From positions 13,020,001 to 13,084,000 of the forward strand of contig NC_087436.1 of the NCBI RefSeq assembly GCF_036321535.1: DNA of 64,000 bases, read 5' to 3'. Position 1 is the stretch's first letter, and each line of letters starts with the position of its first letter. The DNA is from Camelus dromedarius. Lineage: Eukaryota. This document shows positions 11,716 through 24,539 of this stretch, piece by piece. The notes under the pieces were generated by a model. The model had not been told where the DNA came from, did not search any database, and saw only the letters and a program-made list of their open reading frames with translations. The position numbers and the translations under genes are program-made.

Positions 11716-11747
<32 letters not shown>
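11705..11747. repeat. (CG)7(TG)14 compound microsatellite
   Basis: Read directly. Confidence 0.95.
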
Positions 11748-11748
<1 letters not shown>

Positions 11749-13199
11749 CCAGTGTGCAGTGTTTATTGTGCTGCCTGCATAATCTTCCTAAATTTCTTCT
11801 GTGATGAACTGGGCATCTCTACAGGGTGAAGTCTGCATCTGTCATAATTACTCTGTGTGATATCTACTAGCAACACATGTTCCTAATCAAAAAGGTTGGT
11901 ACAGATGAAGATATCAGTATTGATAACAACTTAAGAGGCTGTCCCCTAACAGTAATCTAGCTTGGATTTGCAAAATAAATGAACTCAGATAAGATTTTAG
12001 GTTCAAGATGTTGGATTCTAGGCCATAATGAATTTATGCAAAACAATGAGCTACACCTTGAAAAAAGGCCTTTAATTCCATACAATTACCTTGACAATCT
12101 GTGGTTTTTTTCCTCTGATCCTTTCTGTTTGTAATGTATATCCTGAAAGCTCTTTGAAAGAAAATTGCTGAGAACCCATTTGCTGGTTGTTGCTAAGAGA
12201 TAGTTGTCTGTCAATAGAAGTATTTTTCTTATAAAATACCTAGATGTTCTGGGCTTCTTCTCTATTTATCCTTGTGATGTCAATATTTGTTTTCAACTCA
12301 ATCACTTCTATCTGTATTATTTCTAAAATAGTCTATTTTTGCTGCTACAGTTGCTGTTAACTTACCTCATACCTGGAAATCATGAGAATGCTGTAAAATT
12401 ACGTAATAAAAATAGTTAATTGGATTACACTGGAAGTCAAGTGATTTTTCACAATAATTTAATTATCCCACACTTACATGTAATTCCTGTTTCCTTTTAC
12501 CATTTATTTTCACCAAATGAATGTTTCTTTTTTTTTTTGGTGTATATGTTTATTAACATTCTATCCGTATTTCTGTGACATCCTGAATTCTGCAGCTGAA
12601 AACGTGCCTGAGATAAAGCAGTTTCAACCCTATCTCACCGCTCCAGGCTTAGAGGAGAGCGTTTCAGACTAGCAATATAGAAAGTAAATTGACTTAGCCT
12701 TCCACCATCATATATAGTCATGATAAATGTTGGCTATTGAAGTTGTGCTGCAGAGCGTGTGTGTGTGTAATACAAATAGATCTCTAGAAGCAAACTTGCT
12801 GAGTAAAAGGGCACACTCAGTCTTTGCCTTTCCTCCCCCAGCTTTATTGAGGTGTAATTAATAAATTTAAATTGTATACATTTAAGGTGTACAGTGTGAT
12901 GTTTTGATTATGTGGGTACTTTGTGAAATGATGATCACAATCAAACTAATTACATAGTGAGTGGTGAGAACACTTCAAGATCTACTCTCAGCAAATTTCA
13001 TATTATTAACCATGATCACCATGCTGTACATTAGATCCCCAGAACTTATTCATTCTATAAAACTGAAACTTAGGACAAGCACATTTTAATTTTAATCAAT
13101 TGCAGTATCTCATTTCCCAAAAAGAATTCAAGTGCTTATTTTTATTTTACATTTCATTGATCACCACCCCCTACCCCAGTTTTGGGAATAAGCCATTGC

Positions 13200-14630
13200 C
13201 CAGTCACCCACACTTTCTAGCTAAATTGTCTGAACCTTATCTCAAAATGATTGTCTACTGTTTTTAAATATGAGGATTAATTCCCAAATGTGTTCAATAC
13301 CACTTTATATCACTCAGTCTTACCTCTAGAAGTTTAGCCTCCCAGCCGTCTATTATCCGTATTCTCATCCCCATCCTGCTCTGTTCATCCCTTAATTTGG
13401 TCCAGTTGCCTACCCACACTCTCTGCCCTCCCGTGCTCTCCTACCGTGCCCTCCGGAAATCCTGGTCATTTAGCAAACTCCCTTATAGACTCAGCCTGCT
13501 CTCTGACTGCTCCTTTATCTTCTTGCGCTGATCAATACCGGCTTCCCCCAAGGACAGCAGTCCTCTCTGCTCTCTTGCAGAGAAGCCCGCATTCTGCTAA
13601 TCACAAGCTAGAAGAGCGTTGTTGACATGGTGCCCATCACAACATCCAAGTCATTTCTACTCCCTTCTCCTTTCTCCAAAACGAATTCGCTTTTGAAGTT
13701 CACGTTGTCAGACTTTACCCTGGACACGCTTTGTTGCTGCTGTCATGTTCTAGACCTCTTTGTCAACAAGGACATTTACATCTTACGCAGCCTTCTCCAC
13801 TACTGTTCTCTCCTGGAAACCTCGCTGTCCATGTTTTGAAGCACCCAACACCCTGAGCCTCTCAGCTCCTTGACTTTCTGATTTCCAACCTCTGAAATCT
13901 TGATTTCAAGCTTGCTGTATTCTGACAATCATTCTCATCTTTCTGTCTACTGAGGTAGCACCTCCACTCCAGGAGATAATTCTTCTGTTACGATCACTAG
14001 TTTATTGAGCCGTCATTCAAGTCATCCAGTTGCAAACCCCCTTTAGTTCCGTTACTCCGTAGAACTTTCCAGGTAAAACCCCAGCTCTGTCTAAACCTGA
14101 CTCTGCCTTTTCTGCACTTGTGTAAGTGGCTAAATGTGCCTGGAGAAAAATAAGTTACTTGCTTGAGAGAGAAGTCTGTACCTTCCTACCTACTGTCAGC
14201 TCACATCCTTTGCCTTCTTTCCTGTTAGCATGTTAAGAGATGTCCTTGTTCGCCTTGAAAGCAAATCCCTCTGCTGTTCAGGATCCCACCTATTCCAGCC
14301 TTTTAAAGGGCTTCACTTCCGTAATGATCTTCTCAGATTCTACTGAATGCCTCTCATTGGCATCCAAGGCATAATAATGGTTTCTACCTTTTAAAAAAAG
14401 CCTCCTTCTGATTCCATATACCTTTCTAGTGAACCATTTTCTTCCTCTTATGTCTTTCATAGCAAATCTACTTAAAATAGTTGTCTCTGTTTCCTCACTT
14501 GTCAATCTTTCTTTGATCCCTTCTTCCCACCCCTCTTCTCTAATAAAGCTGCTTTTATGAACATACTTTACATTTGCTACATCCTAAGATTATTTCTTGA
14601 TTTTCATTTTATTCAACTTCTCGAGGAGCT
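13200..14630 (+). mobile_element. Degenerate LINE-2 relic (others at ~3850-4140 and ~19900-20400)
   Basis: Pyrimidine-rich text with L2-like phrases; orientation and limits approximate. Confidence 0.45.
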
Positions 14631-14646
14631 TGAAGTTATTCTTAAT

Positions 14647-14714
14647 TTCTTTTTATTGAAGTGTACTCACTTACAATGTGTCCATTTCTGGTGTACAGCA
14701 TAATGTCCCAGTCA

Positions 14715-14748
<34 letters not shown>

Positions 14749-14800
14749 TAGATAGATAGATAGATAGATATAGATATAGATATATATTCATTTTCATAGT
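14647..14800 (-). mobile_element. Short L1 3' tail containing an expanded (TA)n(GATA)n microsatellite (~14719-14786)
   Basis: TTTTTATTGAAGTGTA..ACAATGTGTCC..TCCCAGTCATGCATATA tail sequence; flanking CTTGAA(G/A)TTATTCTTA repeats. Confidence 0.75.
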
Positions 14801-15663
14801 CTTGAAATTATTCTTATTCAGATTTCTACTTCTCTTGGCTTTGGTGACACCATGGCTTACTTTTTGTTTTCCTTAACAAACTGGACCCTCAGTTCCCTTC
14901 ACCTTTGCTCACTGAATGATGAAGTATAGACTAGAATGCATTGGCAAGGGAAACCACAGCCCACAGATGCTAAGAGACATGAAGGATTGAGGTCAATGTT
15001 CTACTGTGCAGGAGTCCCAGAGGCAAGAGCAGAGAACGTGGAGTGTAGAATATGGCATAATAGACATAATAGAAGAAAATGTCCATATCCGTTGATTGTC
15101 TTAGGTAGCCCTTCTGCCTCCAATACCGTATAATTTCAAGACTGGTGCCTTCCCCAAATACTCCCAACTTTCACAGCACTTCTTGAGAGGATTAGGGTTT
15201 AGGTAAATTGGTTGAGTCTTCTACCATAATATTAAACCTTAAAAGATTAAAATTATATCAAAGTGAACCACAACTTTTTGGTGGAAAGAGAAAGGATAAG
15301 ACAAAGTTAAGAAACATTCATGCATGGACTTTATGGGGTATGTTAGTTGCCTAACTGCTGTGTAACAAATTATTCCCACACTCAGCAGCTTAAAATAGTA
15401 AGTTTCTAAGGGCCAGGAATCTGGAAGCAGCTTAGCTGGGTGGGTCTGGTCAGAGTCTTTCAGAGTTTGCATGATCAGGACAGTCTCAATGAGCTGTACA
15501 TTTTAGTAACAGAGGATTGGGAGGAATTCTAATCCTCTGTTAGTTGAGGGAATGGAGAAAGTACATTTGAATTAGCTCTCCCCCTATTGTGTTCTGTGGG
15601 ATACTTGCCTACTGAAATGCTCCTTCCAATGAGGGTTCCATGGTAAATTGGAATGGAGAATGC

Positions 15664-16210
15664 TCTGTTTTGGAAATAAGCTCATTTGTATCATTTTTTA
15701 GATTCCACATATAAGTGATATCATATGATTTGTCATTCTCTGTCTGACTTACTTCACTTAGTATGATCATCTCTAGATCCATCCATGTTGCTGCAAATAG
15801 CGTTATTTCATTCTTTGTTTATGACCAAGTAGTATTCCATCATATAAATATACCACATCTTCCTTCTCCAGTCATTTGTCAATGGGCATTTAGGTCACTT
15901 CCATGTCTTGGTTATTATAAATAGTACTGCTATGAGCTTATTTACAAAACAGGAACAGACTCACAGACAACAAATTTATGATTACCAAAGTGGAAAGTGG
16001 GGGAGGGATAAGTTAGAAGTTTGGGATTAGCAGACACAAACTACTATATATAAAATAGATAAACAACAAGGTCCTACTGTGTAACACAGGGAACTATATT
16101 CAATATCCTGTAATGAAAAATAATATATATATGTTAAACTGAATCACTATGCTGTGTACCAGAAGCTAACACAACATTTGTAAATCAACTATACTTCCAA
16201 TAGAAAAAAG
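15664..16210. mobile_element. L1 3' fragment with 5' inversion (minus 15664-15935, plus 15932-16210)
   Basis: Adjacent L1 3' segments in opposite orientation; both include ATGAGCTTATTT(A/C)CAAAACAG; ends in an A-rich tail. Confidence 0.8.
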
Positions 16211-16859
16211 AGTGGAAAACACCTCAGAACTCATTCACCTACCCCTACCTCACCCCACCAACCCCCTACCCCATAGAAATGTGCATTGGGAAGGCTGTGA
16301 GAAGTCCTGAGGCAAAGAACCCATTTGACTTGGTTAACTCAGCATTTCCTCTACTTTTTGCCTAAGGAACCTCTTTATTTATTTTTAAGCTGCACTTTTG
16401 AATTTTGAGCTCAGGTATCTTATTCTAAAACCTAGATTTGGTCATATCCGTTCCTTGATGACAACAGTAGTGTCCCATGTGGGGGTTTAGGAGGAAAACA
16501 TTACAACTTTGAATTTCATCCTTTTAAGCCTTTTGTGGTGTTTTTACACTAGCACATGAATATTTAAGTGTATTAGCAAATACATATGTATTCAGGGTGT
16601 ACATGCCACGTTTGTTACTGTGAGAGTCTGCAGGTGTGCAGAATAGTCTATCTTCTTTTGCATTTAAATCAAGTTCCATGAATCTGAGCATCAAGGCTTT
16701 CTTTAGATTTTCCCCACCCTCTCCCTCTACCCGCCTGTTCCCTCCAAGTCATATCAGTGTGCTTACCCCTCCTACGACACAGCAAAGACTTTTTTAATGT
16801 CATTATGTTTTCCAGGGTGTTATTTCCACCTGAAATATTTGTTTTTCAATTTTTTTTTT

Positions 16860-17200
16860 AATTTTTAAGGGTTCATTTAAGCAAAAATTGATTGGAGTGA
16901 GGCAACACCGAACCAGAAGTGGTTAGGAGTGTTCCACGGACAGGAGCAAGGGGAAAGCCTTTTATAGAGAAGATTCAGAAGCAAAGTAAGGCAATTCGTT
17001 GATTGGCTACAGCTTAAAGAGTCAGATTCTAGTCCTGTTCATTGTCTTTGAGGTTTTGTTCCGTCCCTGTAAACCGGACTAGACCCTGAATTCTTCTTGG
17101 TTCCTCAAATATTTGGCTATGACTCCCCAAACTAAAATTTCCAATTTTTTTTCCTGACTTCTGATTTGAAATCACTAAGAACAAAGAGTGCCCTTGCCCT
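16860..17200 (-). mobile_element. Probable ERV1-class LTR/internal fragment
   Basis: CCTTTTATAG and GATTGG (reverse TATA and CCAAT) spacing typical of LTRs; family not determined. Confidence 0.4.
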
Positions 17201-17599
17201 CCGTCCAGTGCACTGAATCTGCATCTTAGTGCTAAAGATCCGTCATCTTTTATCTATAGTTCTGAAAGCTCTCAGGATGGAAAGTTTTAAACACTCAGTT
17301 AGTGAGAAACCTGACTTACTGACATGAGGCTGTTCCTGTTTTTTGAATCCCTCTAAATGTGCCTATTCATTCATTTTGCCACAGAATGTTAAGTGTTTGG
17401 TTATGGGCTGCCACTCCAGACAATACTATATGTACTATATTTATATATACTTACATATGTACTGTATTACACAGGGACTATATTTCCTTTATAGAACTTA
17501 AAACTTCAGAATTCCAGGATGACTCTATCTGGCCCTAAGCATTTAGGATAAGGAACCTATAAAATCTAATCACTGGTGGTAATGATTCGTAATAAATGT

Positions 17600-17765
17600 A
17601 CATTATATTATAATATAATATGTAATATAATAACATACATTATATAAAAATAATATATAATATAATATGTTATATAAAAATAATATATAATATAATGTTA
17701 TATAAAAATAATATATAATATAATAATATATGTTATATATAAAATAATATATAATATTTATAATG
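17600..17765. repeat. AT-rich minisatellite, ~28-35 nt unit TTATATAAAAATAATATATAATATAAT(AT)G, about 4 copies
   Basis: Read directly. Confidence 0.85.
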
Positions 17766-18580
17766 TGAATTGTAAATAAATCATACATATTCTATCACTG
17801 CTTCCAACAACAGGCCTGCAAGATGAGCAGGGGCCCTGCTTTACGGAAGACTCAGGGACTGTCTGACTTTCTCGAGCCTGTGGTCCAGAGGCAGGCAGGG
17901 CCAGATATTAGATCCAGATCTTTTGGCTCCGGATTGTCCCACTGCGCCACAAACCCAGTTGTAAAGCGTCTGTTTCATAAATGTTAAGTCCTTTGTAAAC
18001 AAGGACTCTGTCTTCCTTTTTCCCTCTAAGGCTGAGTCCGTGGTTGGCGCTGCCCCTAGCATAGTCTTTAAACAAGCGTTTCATGAAAAGTAGAATTTAT
18101 ATCATAGCCATACTTAATAAAGGCTAATTTAAGAGACGTCACCAGTTCGGGGGACAGATGACTCTCTGTTCCAGTTGCAGATCTTTTATTTATAGTCTCA
18201 CTTACCTTCGATGAGTCACTTAGCTTCTCTGCACTTTGGTTTTCTTCTTGTAAAAATGGGAGAACTCATAACAAGCCTTTGAAAAGGGAGATTATAGCAA
18301 CTGAAGAAGAAAAATATATGTGACGCACACTTAACATTCATTCACCAATGGTTATTATAAAGGGAAAGTACCCTCTACTGATCAATGGAACAGATAAAAA
18401 TTGAATTCATTAAAAAAAAAAAGCAGACAGGGATCTATCAATAATACTATTCTAGCAAAAAGAGTCACTATTTGGTGACAGTAAGCTTTTCACTTTGTCT
18501 GTCTAACGTTTTGCCTAGCTTCGGTGGCATTGCTTGATCGGGGACCTCATGGACAGCCTGAGAATTAACATCTTTGTTCT

Positions 18581-18720
18581 TTTTGTTTTATTTTTATTCT
18601 TGGGGTAAGATAATTAGGTTTTTATTTATTTATTTTTAATGAAGGGACTGGGGATTGAACCCAGGACCTTGTGCAGGTTAAGCACAGGCTCTACCACTGA
18701 GCTATACCCACCCCCCTCCT
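18581..18720 (-). mobile_element. Vic-1-like tRNA-derived SINE
   Basis: GGGGATTGAACCCAGGACC...CTACCACTGAGCTATACCC (reverse B and A boxes); TSD TTAACA(T/C)CTTTGTTCT. Confidence 0.82.
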
Positions 18721-19091
18721 TTAACACCTTTGTTCTTGAAGATCTTGAGGTGGAGTGACCTCCTTTCTTCACATGTTGCCCACTTTCTCATTGCTTCTCT
18801 TACTTACCTTCTCAGCTCCTCCTCAAACCTAAGTGACTTCTTGAACTTGAGGAGAAATTTAAAAGGATGAGGAAAGGAAAGATAAATAAAAGGAAAGCAA
18901 AACTGAAAAGGAAGATGGTTTGGAGAAACAACGGGGCCATGTCGGATGGTTTGCAGTATATGCTATCTGCTAGGAGCCAGCTTGCAGTCCCCTCACTCCA
19001 CTTCACCTGGGACCTGTGGGTTACTCAGGTTTGCTGAAGACATAGCGCCAATCTGCCTTTTTGACATACAGGCTAGATGGAACTTCTGTTG

Positions 19092-19263
19092 TTTTTTTTT
19101 TTTTTTTCTAATTTATTTATTATTATTTTTTACTTTATTATATTTTGGAGGGGAAGGTAATTAGGTTTATTTACTTATTTATTTTAATGGAGGTACGGTG
19201 GATTGAACCCAGGACCTCATGCGTGCTAAGCATGTGCCCTACCACTGAGCTATACCCTCCCCT
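19092..19263 (-). mobile_element. Vic-1-like tRNA-derived SINE
   Basis: Same A/B-box head; TSD ACTTCTGTTGTTTTT. Confidence 0.82.
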
Positions 19264-20739
19264 ACTTCTGTTGTTTTTATTTCTCCTGGTTTAATTTATA
19301 ACTGGCATAGCCCTGGCACTCTATCCAACTTAAAACATTGAAAAATCACACTGTTTTTATTCTTTCCTGATTCTTTTTCAGTCCCCAGTGTCTGGGGTAT
19401 GTGGGACTTCAGAGCGTGAGAGCCTTTTCCGGATTCGTGGTCAGTTACATCCCAGACAATACACTCTCTCTTGCCCTCCAGACCCGCACAGCAGGGGGCC
19501 TCCCTCTGTCCTGTGCCAAACCTTCTTCTTCACCGCCTTTGTTTTTCCTCTTTGCTCAGGGCCTCCCTGCCACTGTAGGAAAAAGAAAGAGAGAGGGAGG
19601 GAGGGAGGGAGGGAAGAAAGAGGTTAAGTGAGTAAGAAAACCCAGGCTGTTGTGACTTACCAAGGATTCTGGTCCAAGATGAAAGCATCCAAGTGTACCA
19701 GACAGAAATGGAAACTGGGGCTTTCAAGTAGGAACATCTGTTTTCCTTTAGAAAAGTAAAAAGTGCAGAGGATTATTTTCTTCTATTGTTCTCTCTCTCC
19801 TGCCCTTTGTTTTTAGATGGAGGAAACACACACACAAAACCAGTATGGGTTCCACTTCTCACTGTTTTATGCACTGTATTTCTTTGCTAAAACTTGAAAA
19901 AATTCAAAATCCCCAAACAAGTCTGGCCTCCAGTTTGTAGGACGAGGACCCTCACTGCTTTGGTCTGCTGCCAGTCTGATGATTCTTCGGGCCTCCTGGC
20001 TGGTCTCCCTCCTTCCAAGCTTGCTGCCCTTCAGCGTTGTTCTGAGCAATGCAGCCAGAGAGACAGTTAAAACCGAAGTTAAATCAAGCTACTCCTCTGC
20101 TCAATACCCTCAAGCAAGTGAGAGCCATGGTCCTCTCAGAGGCCCACAGAGCCCTCTGTGACCTGCCCCTTCCTTTGCCCCACTGGTTTCCTTGCTGTTC
20201 CCTGAACCGGCCTGGGATGCATTGCACTCCTGTCTCAGGGCCTTTGCACATGCTCTTCCCTCTATCTGTTAGGCTTTTCCTCCAAATAACTGAAGTCTAG
20301 CTCCCTCATATGGGTCAGTCTTTACTCAAAGGACTGCTTAGTGATGCTTTCCTCATCTTTTCTAAAATTACACCCCATCCAAGACTCCCTTACCCCTTCT
20401 CCTGAGCAGTTAAAGATTACTCGGGGGTAAAAGTGAATTTTTTTTTCTCTTTGGACATCAGGAAAAACTTTCCTTGAATATCTTTGGCCTCTACTGTGAA
20501 ATGGTGGCCTCCTAGGAGCTTTAAGTGTTAATCTCATTCCTATTTAAGAATTAGCATTGGAATATAGATACCACGCTATTACACATGAACTCATTGCTCA
20601 AGGTTGAAAATAAAATGAATATATATATATATAATATGTATAGTTGTTTCAGAAGTCTATTCTAGGGTCCTTCTCAATTATCCTGCATCCCAGTGTTCAG
20701 GAAAGACCCATTTGTAATCACTTCTCATTCATCCAACAG

Positions 20740-20971
20740 GGTGGACTCGGCGCCCAAGCTTTTGTTCATGTGGAACTGGAGGATGTGAATGATAATGAGC
20801 CCATATTTAACCCATCAACCTACGTGACGAGCATTAGCGGCCAGACCCAGCCGGGCTCTGAGATCATCAGCATTCTCGCCACGGACAGGGATTCCGGGGT
20901 ATACGGGACAGTGGCTTATGAACTTGTTCTCGGAGACCTGTCATCCTTTTTTGCCATTGACTCCACCACAG
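20740..20971 (+). CDS. DCHS2: DCHS2 coding exon (232 nt, phase 0-1): GGLGAQAFVHVELEDVNDNEPIF...FAIDSTT
   Basis: caacag acceptor, G|gtatgt donor; DVNDNEP linker and ATDRDSG motif; within ORF 20644..20979. Confidence 0.94.
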
Positions 20972-21714
20972 GTATGTGATCTTGGAATCAACAGCTTCTG
21001 TGTAACAGGCTGAAAATGAGCTGAAATGATTGTTTCTTAGTAGGGGTGTTGCAGAACACCTTTTAGAAGGCAGCAAAAAGAGCCGGGGTTTGTAGTTAGG
21101 TGAAGACTGGGTCTGAGTCCCAGCTTTGCCTCCTCCTGGTCTTATGACCTTCATTGCCTTCAGTCTCTTCCCTTAAAAATAGGGCTGATAATCTGTATGT
21201 TGCAAAGTTTTGTGAAGATTAAAGGCAGTAAATATGAGAAATGTTGGCCAATAGTGTTTATTTTGCAAATGCCTTCCCGTTTGTATGATCATCTAAAGAT
21301 GATTTGCATCATTTCAAAGTACAGGTAGATCCTATTAATGCAAAGCATTGTACCGGCATCCAAAGTAGATCGCTTTCTTGTACTAGGTCTGGTATTCTTT
21401 TAATCTCTTTAGGTCTTAGTTTCCTTGTTCTTAAAATGATACCTAAAGCTCCTTTGAGATCTCTAATGTGGGAATTGTGTATCTGCCAAAGAAATCCAGT
21501 GGGCAAACTGAGTCTTTTAGAAATAATATTTAGGAAGTTACCTCCTACTGGCTTGTTGCTAACAAAAAAGGTTGGAAATTTTTGGTTACAAGAAAATATA
21601 CGATTTCAAGTATATAATATTACATTATAATACTATTGAGGTATTGCAGACATTCTGGATATTCAAAAATGAAGCTGCAAAAAAAAGTTTTTTTCTTTTA
21701 CATTTCTTCTTTGT

Positions 21715-22200
21715 TTGAAAAGCTATTTTATTCTATGGTAGTAAGAACACTTAATATGAGATCTGCCTTTTAACAAATTTTTAAGTATACAATACATTAT
21801 TGTGGTCCAATGTTATTCATCTTGCTTAGCTGAAACTTTATATCATTGATTAGCAACTTCCTATTTCTCCCTCCTCACTAGCCTCTGGCAACCACCTTTC
21901 CACTCTTTAATTTTATGAACTTGACTATTTTAGATTCCTCATAGAAGTGACATATGTAGTAGTTGTCCTTCTATGGCTGGCTATTTTCACTTCACAGAGT
22001 GTCCTCCAGGTCCATCCATATCATCCCATATTGCAGAAGTTCCTTCCTTTTTCAGGGCTAAATAATATTCCATCACCTGTCTATGCCATATTTTCTTTTA
22101 TCCACTCATCTGTTGACAGCAAGTTAGGTTGTTTCTGAAACTTGGCTTTTGTGGATAGTGCTCCAGTGAACATGGGAGTGCAGATATCTCTTCAAGATTC
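21715..22200 (-). mobile_element. Old L1MA/MB-type 3' end
   Basis: CCTCTGGCAACCACC, TTAGATTCCTCATA, GAACATGGGAGTGCAGATATCTCTTCAAGAT. Confidence 0.72.
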
Positions 22201-24379
22201 TATTTCTTCTTAAAACACTTGATCTCGAGCATAAGTTAGAGCATGGTGTGTTTCTGTTGTGATGGTGATGATAATGTCATGTGCTACACTAGGCATTTTC
22301 TGTGTGTTGTCTTATAGGATCTTTACAACACCCTTTGCAATGACCATACTCATTTGCAACCAACAGTAATTTACACAGGAAATCTCATCTACCAAGTTCG
22401 TTGGCCCTCTCATCCAGCTGCATTAGGTAGAGAGTCATTGCTTCTTGCCTGGAAAGTGTACTGTGCCTGGTGTGTGTGAGACTGGCTGGGGGATCTATTG
22501 TTTACAAAGGCATTTTTATAAGGCAAAACTTTCCTTGCTCAAAATAATCCACTGACGTGGCCCTTTTAACATTTCAAAGATCAGAAGAAAATACTTTTTT
22601 TCAGAAATTAGTCTGCTTATCTTGGCTTTTTCAAAGCTCTTCTAAACTGGAGGACCTTAACTACTTGTCAGGTTGTCAGTCCCCCTGGGACACTAGCATT
22701 GCCAAAAATATATAGGTCAGCCTGTAATCAGGATCTAAAAGCATTTAGCAGATTGTTTTTAAGAGACATCAACACGCTCCTCCGCTAGTCTCTCCGGGAC
22801 AATCGTGAAGAACGAGCGGCCACGTGTTCTGTTTTTTAGGTGATATTTCTGTTGTTCCGCTGGCTTGAGTCAGCCACAGGCTTCCACTCCTGGCACCGGG
22901 CTTTATGCAAATGCCATTGTTAGTCATGCAGAGCACTTTAAGTGGGTCGTTACCTATGGAAGGATCATGCATGTTTTTTTTTAAAGCAAAGACCAACTTC
23001 GTATTGGAAGTAGCCTTGGGTTATTGTTGTTGGCCATTTCGATGCTGGTACATTTAGGGTGAAGACATTCTCAGTCTTGACAGGGCTTAGAATTTGGTTC
23101 ACACCTAATCACAACTCAGAAGAAATTCAAGAGCCCTGGTCAAGCTTTACTTTAACCTTTAGAAGGGAATTAAGCAGCAGCATGACCAGCTGTAGGAAAA
23201 GCTGCTTCGTGAACAGGTAACCTCCAGGGTGAACAGTTGAGTTCAAGTTCATCCACTGGTTCACTGCAGCTCCGGACACATTTTCTATTTTGTATAATAG
23301 GTAGTCCTCCAGGTCATGACATAAAAGCCATTTTAACTGTCGATGGTCTCAAAGAACAGAACAAGGAGCTGTATTGGAATATGGTTTTTGTCTTCTGTTT
23401 CTGGTGGACCTATATATAAGGCTGGGCTTTCTTGCTTCTACCATAAAAGGCTGTCTCTACAGAGCCTGCCAGTGTAAACACAGTCCCAAGAAGTTGCCTC
23501 TGTCAATACAGATTTGTGGAAGAAATGAATAAATGGCATTTAGAAATCATTGAAAAGTGATTTAAATCCTTATTACATTCTCCTAAGAAATTTGCAAGAG
23601 TGTCATGAATAACAGAGCAAAACTTCATTTAAAATCCTCTTTCTCCATCACAAGTGGTAGGGAATGCTATGGTTTACCCCTGCTTTTCTTCAAAACCCTC
23701 CCAAACTCCCTCTTCAATGTAGCTGTGCCGGCTCTTTTGAAGGTATAGTAACTAAATACACATGCGTGTGTGCATGTAATTGCACGTAGTTATATAATAT
23801 GAGGAGGATATTGAGAATTGATAGCCGATTTCTACATTATCATTTCATCCTGAACTGCTCTAAAATTCTCCTTCAGAGACACTCATTTGCTCTCTCACTG
23901 GTTCATTCGTCCTTTCATTTTGATGCTTCTGACCTCAGACGTGCTGTTTGATGAGCGTACGTACTTTGTGTTACAGGCTCAGGTTTTCCTGAAGACGAGA
24001 TTTTCCCCTTGATCTGTTTGTGCCACAAGCAGGATGCGTGCATTAAAAATAGAGCCCTTTGACTCACTGTATTCATCTGGGAGGAAAAATGTTTTGGAAA
24101 GAGCTGGAGAGGGTGTGGTGGTGTCCTCATTGCTTTTCTCTTGTGGGTTTATCTTTCTGTTCTATTTCTGGTTTTCTAAGCATGTCGTTGGTTCAAAGAA
24201 CATTTTGTGAAATGTGTTCAGGCATCAGGAGAGAGAGGTTGAATGGAGACTTCATTTCTCTTATTCTCGGTTAGTGGCTTCCTTTGATGTGGGCACGAGG
24301 CAGACCACACTGTTTTGAGTTTTAAAAGGAGGAAACACCAAGAAGCGTGCTTATGAATAGATCTTTTTCATGTATTTTT

Positions 24380-24539
24380 TTCACCTATTTTTTTAATTGA
24401 AGTATAGTCAGTTACAATGTGTCCATTTCTTATGTGCAGCACAATGTCCCAGTCATGCATATACATACATATATTTGTTTTCATATTCTTTTTCATTAAA
24501 GGTTATGACAAGATATTGAATGTAGTTCCCTGTGCTATA
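24380..24539 (-). mobile_element. Short L1 3' tail (~160 nt) with TSD
   Basis: Reverse complement of 1965-2110; TTTTTCATGTATTTTT at 24364-24379 and 24540-24555. Confidence 0.8.
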
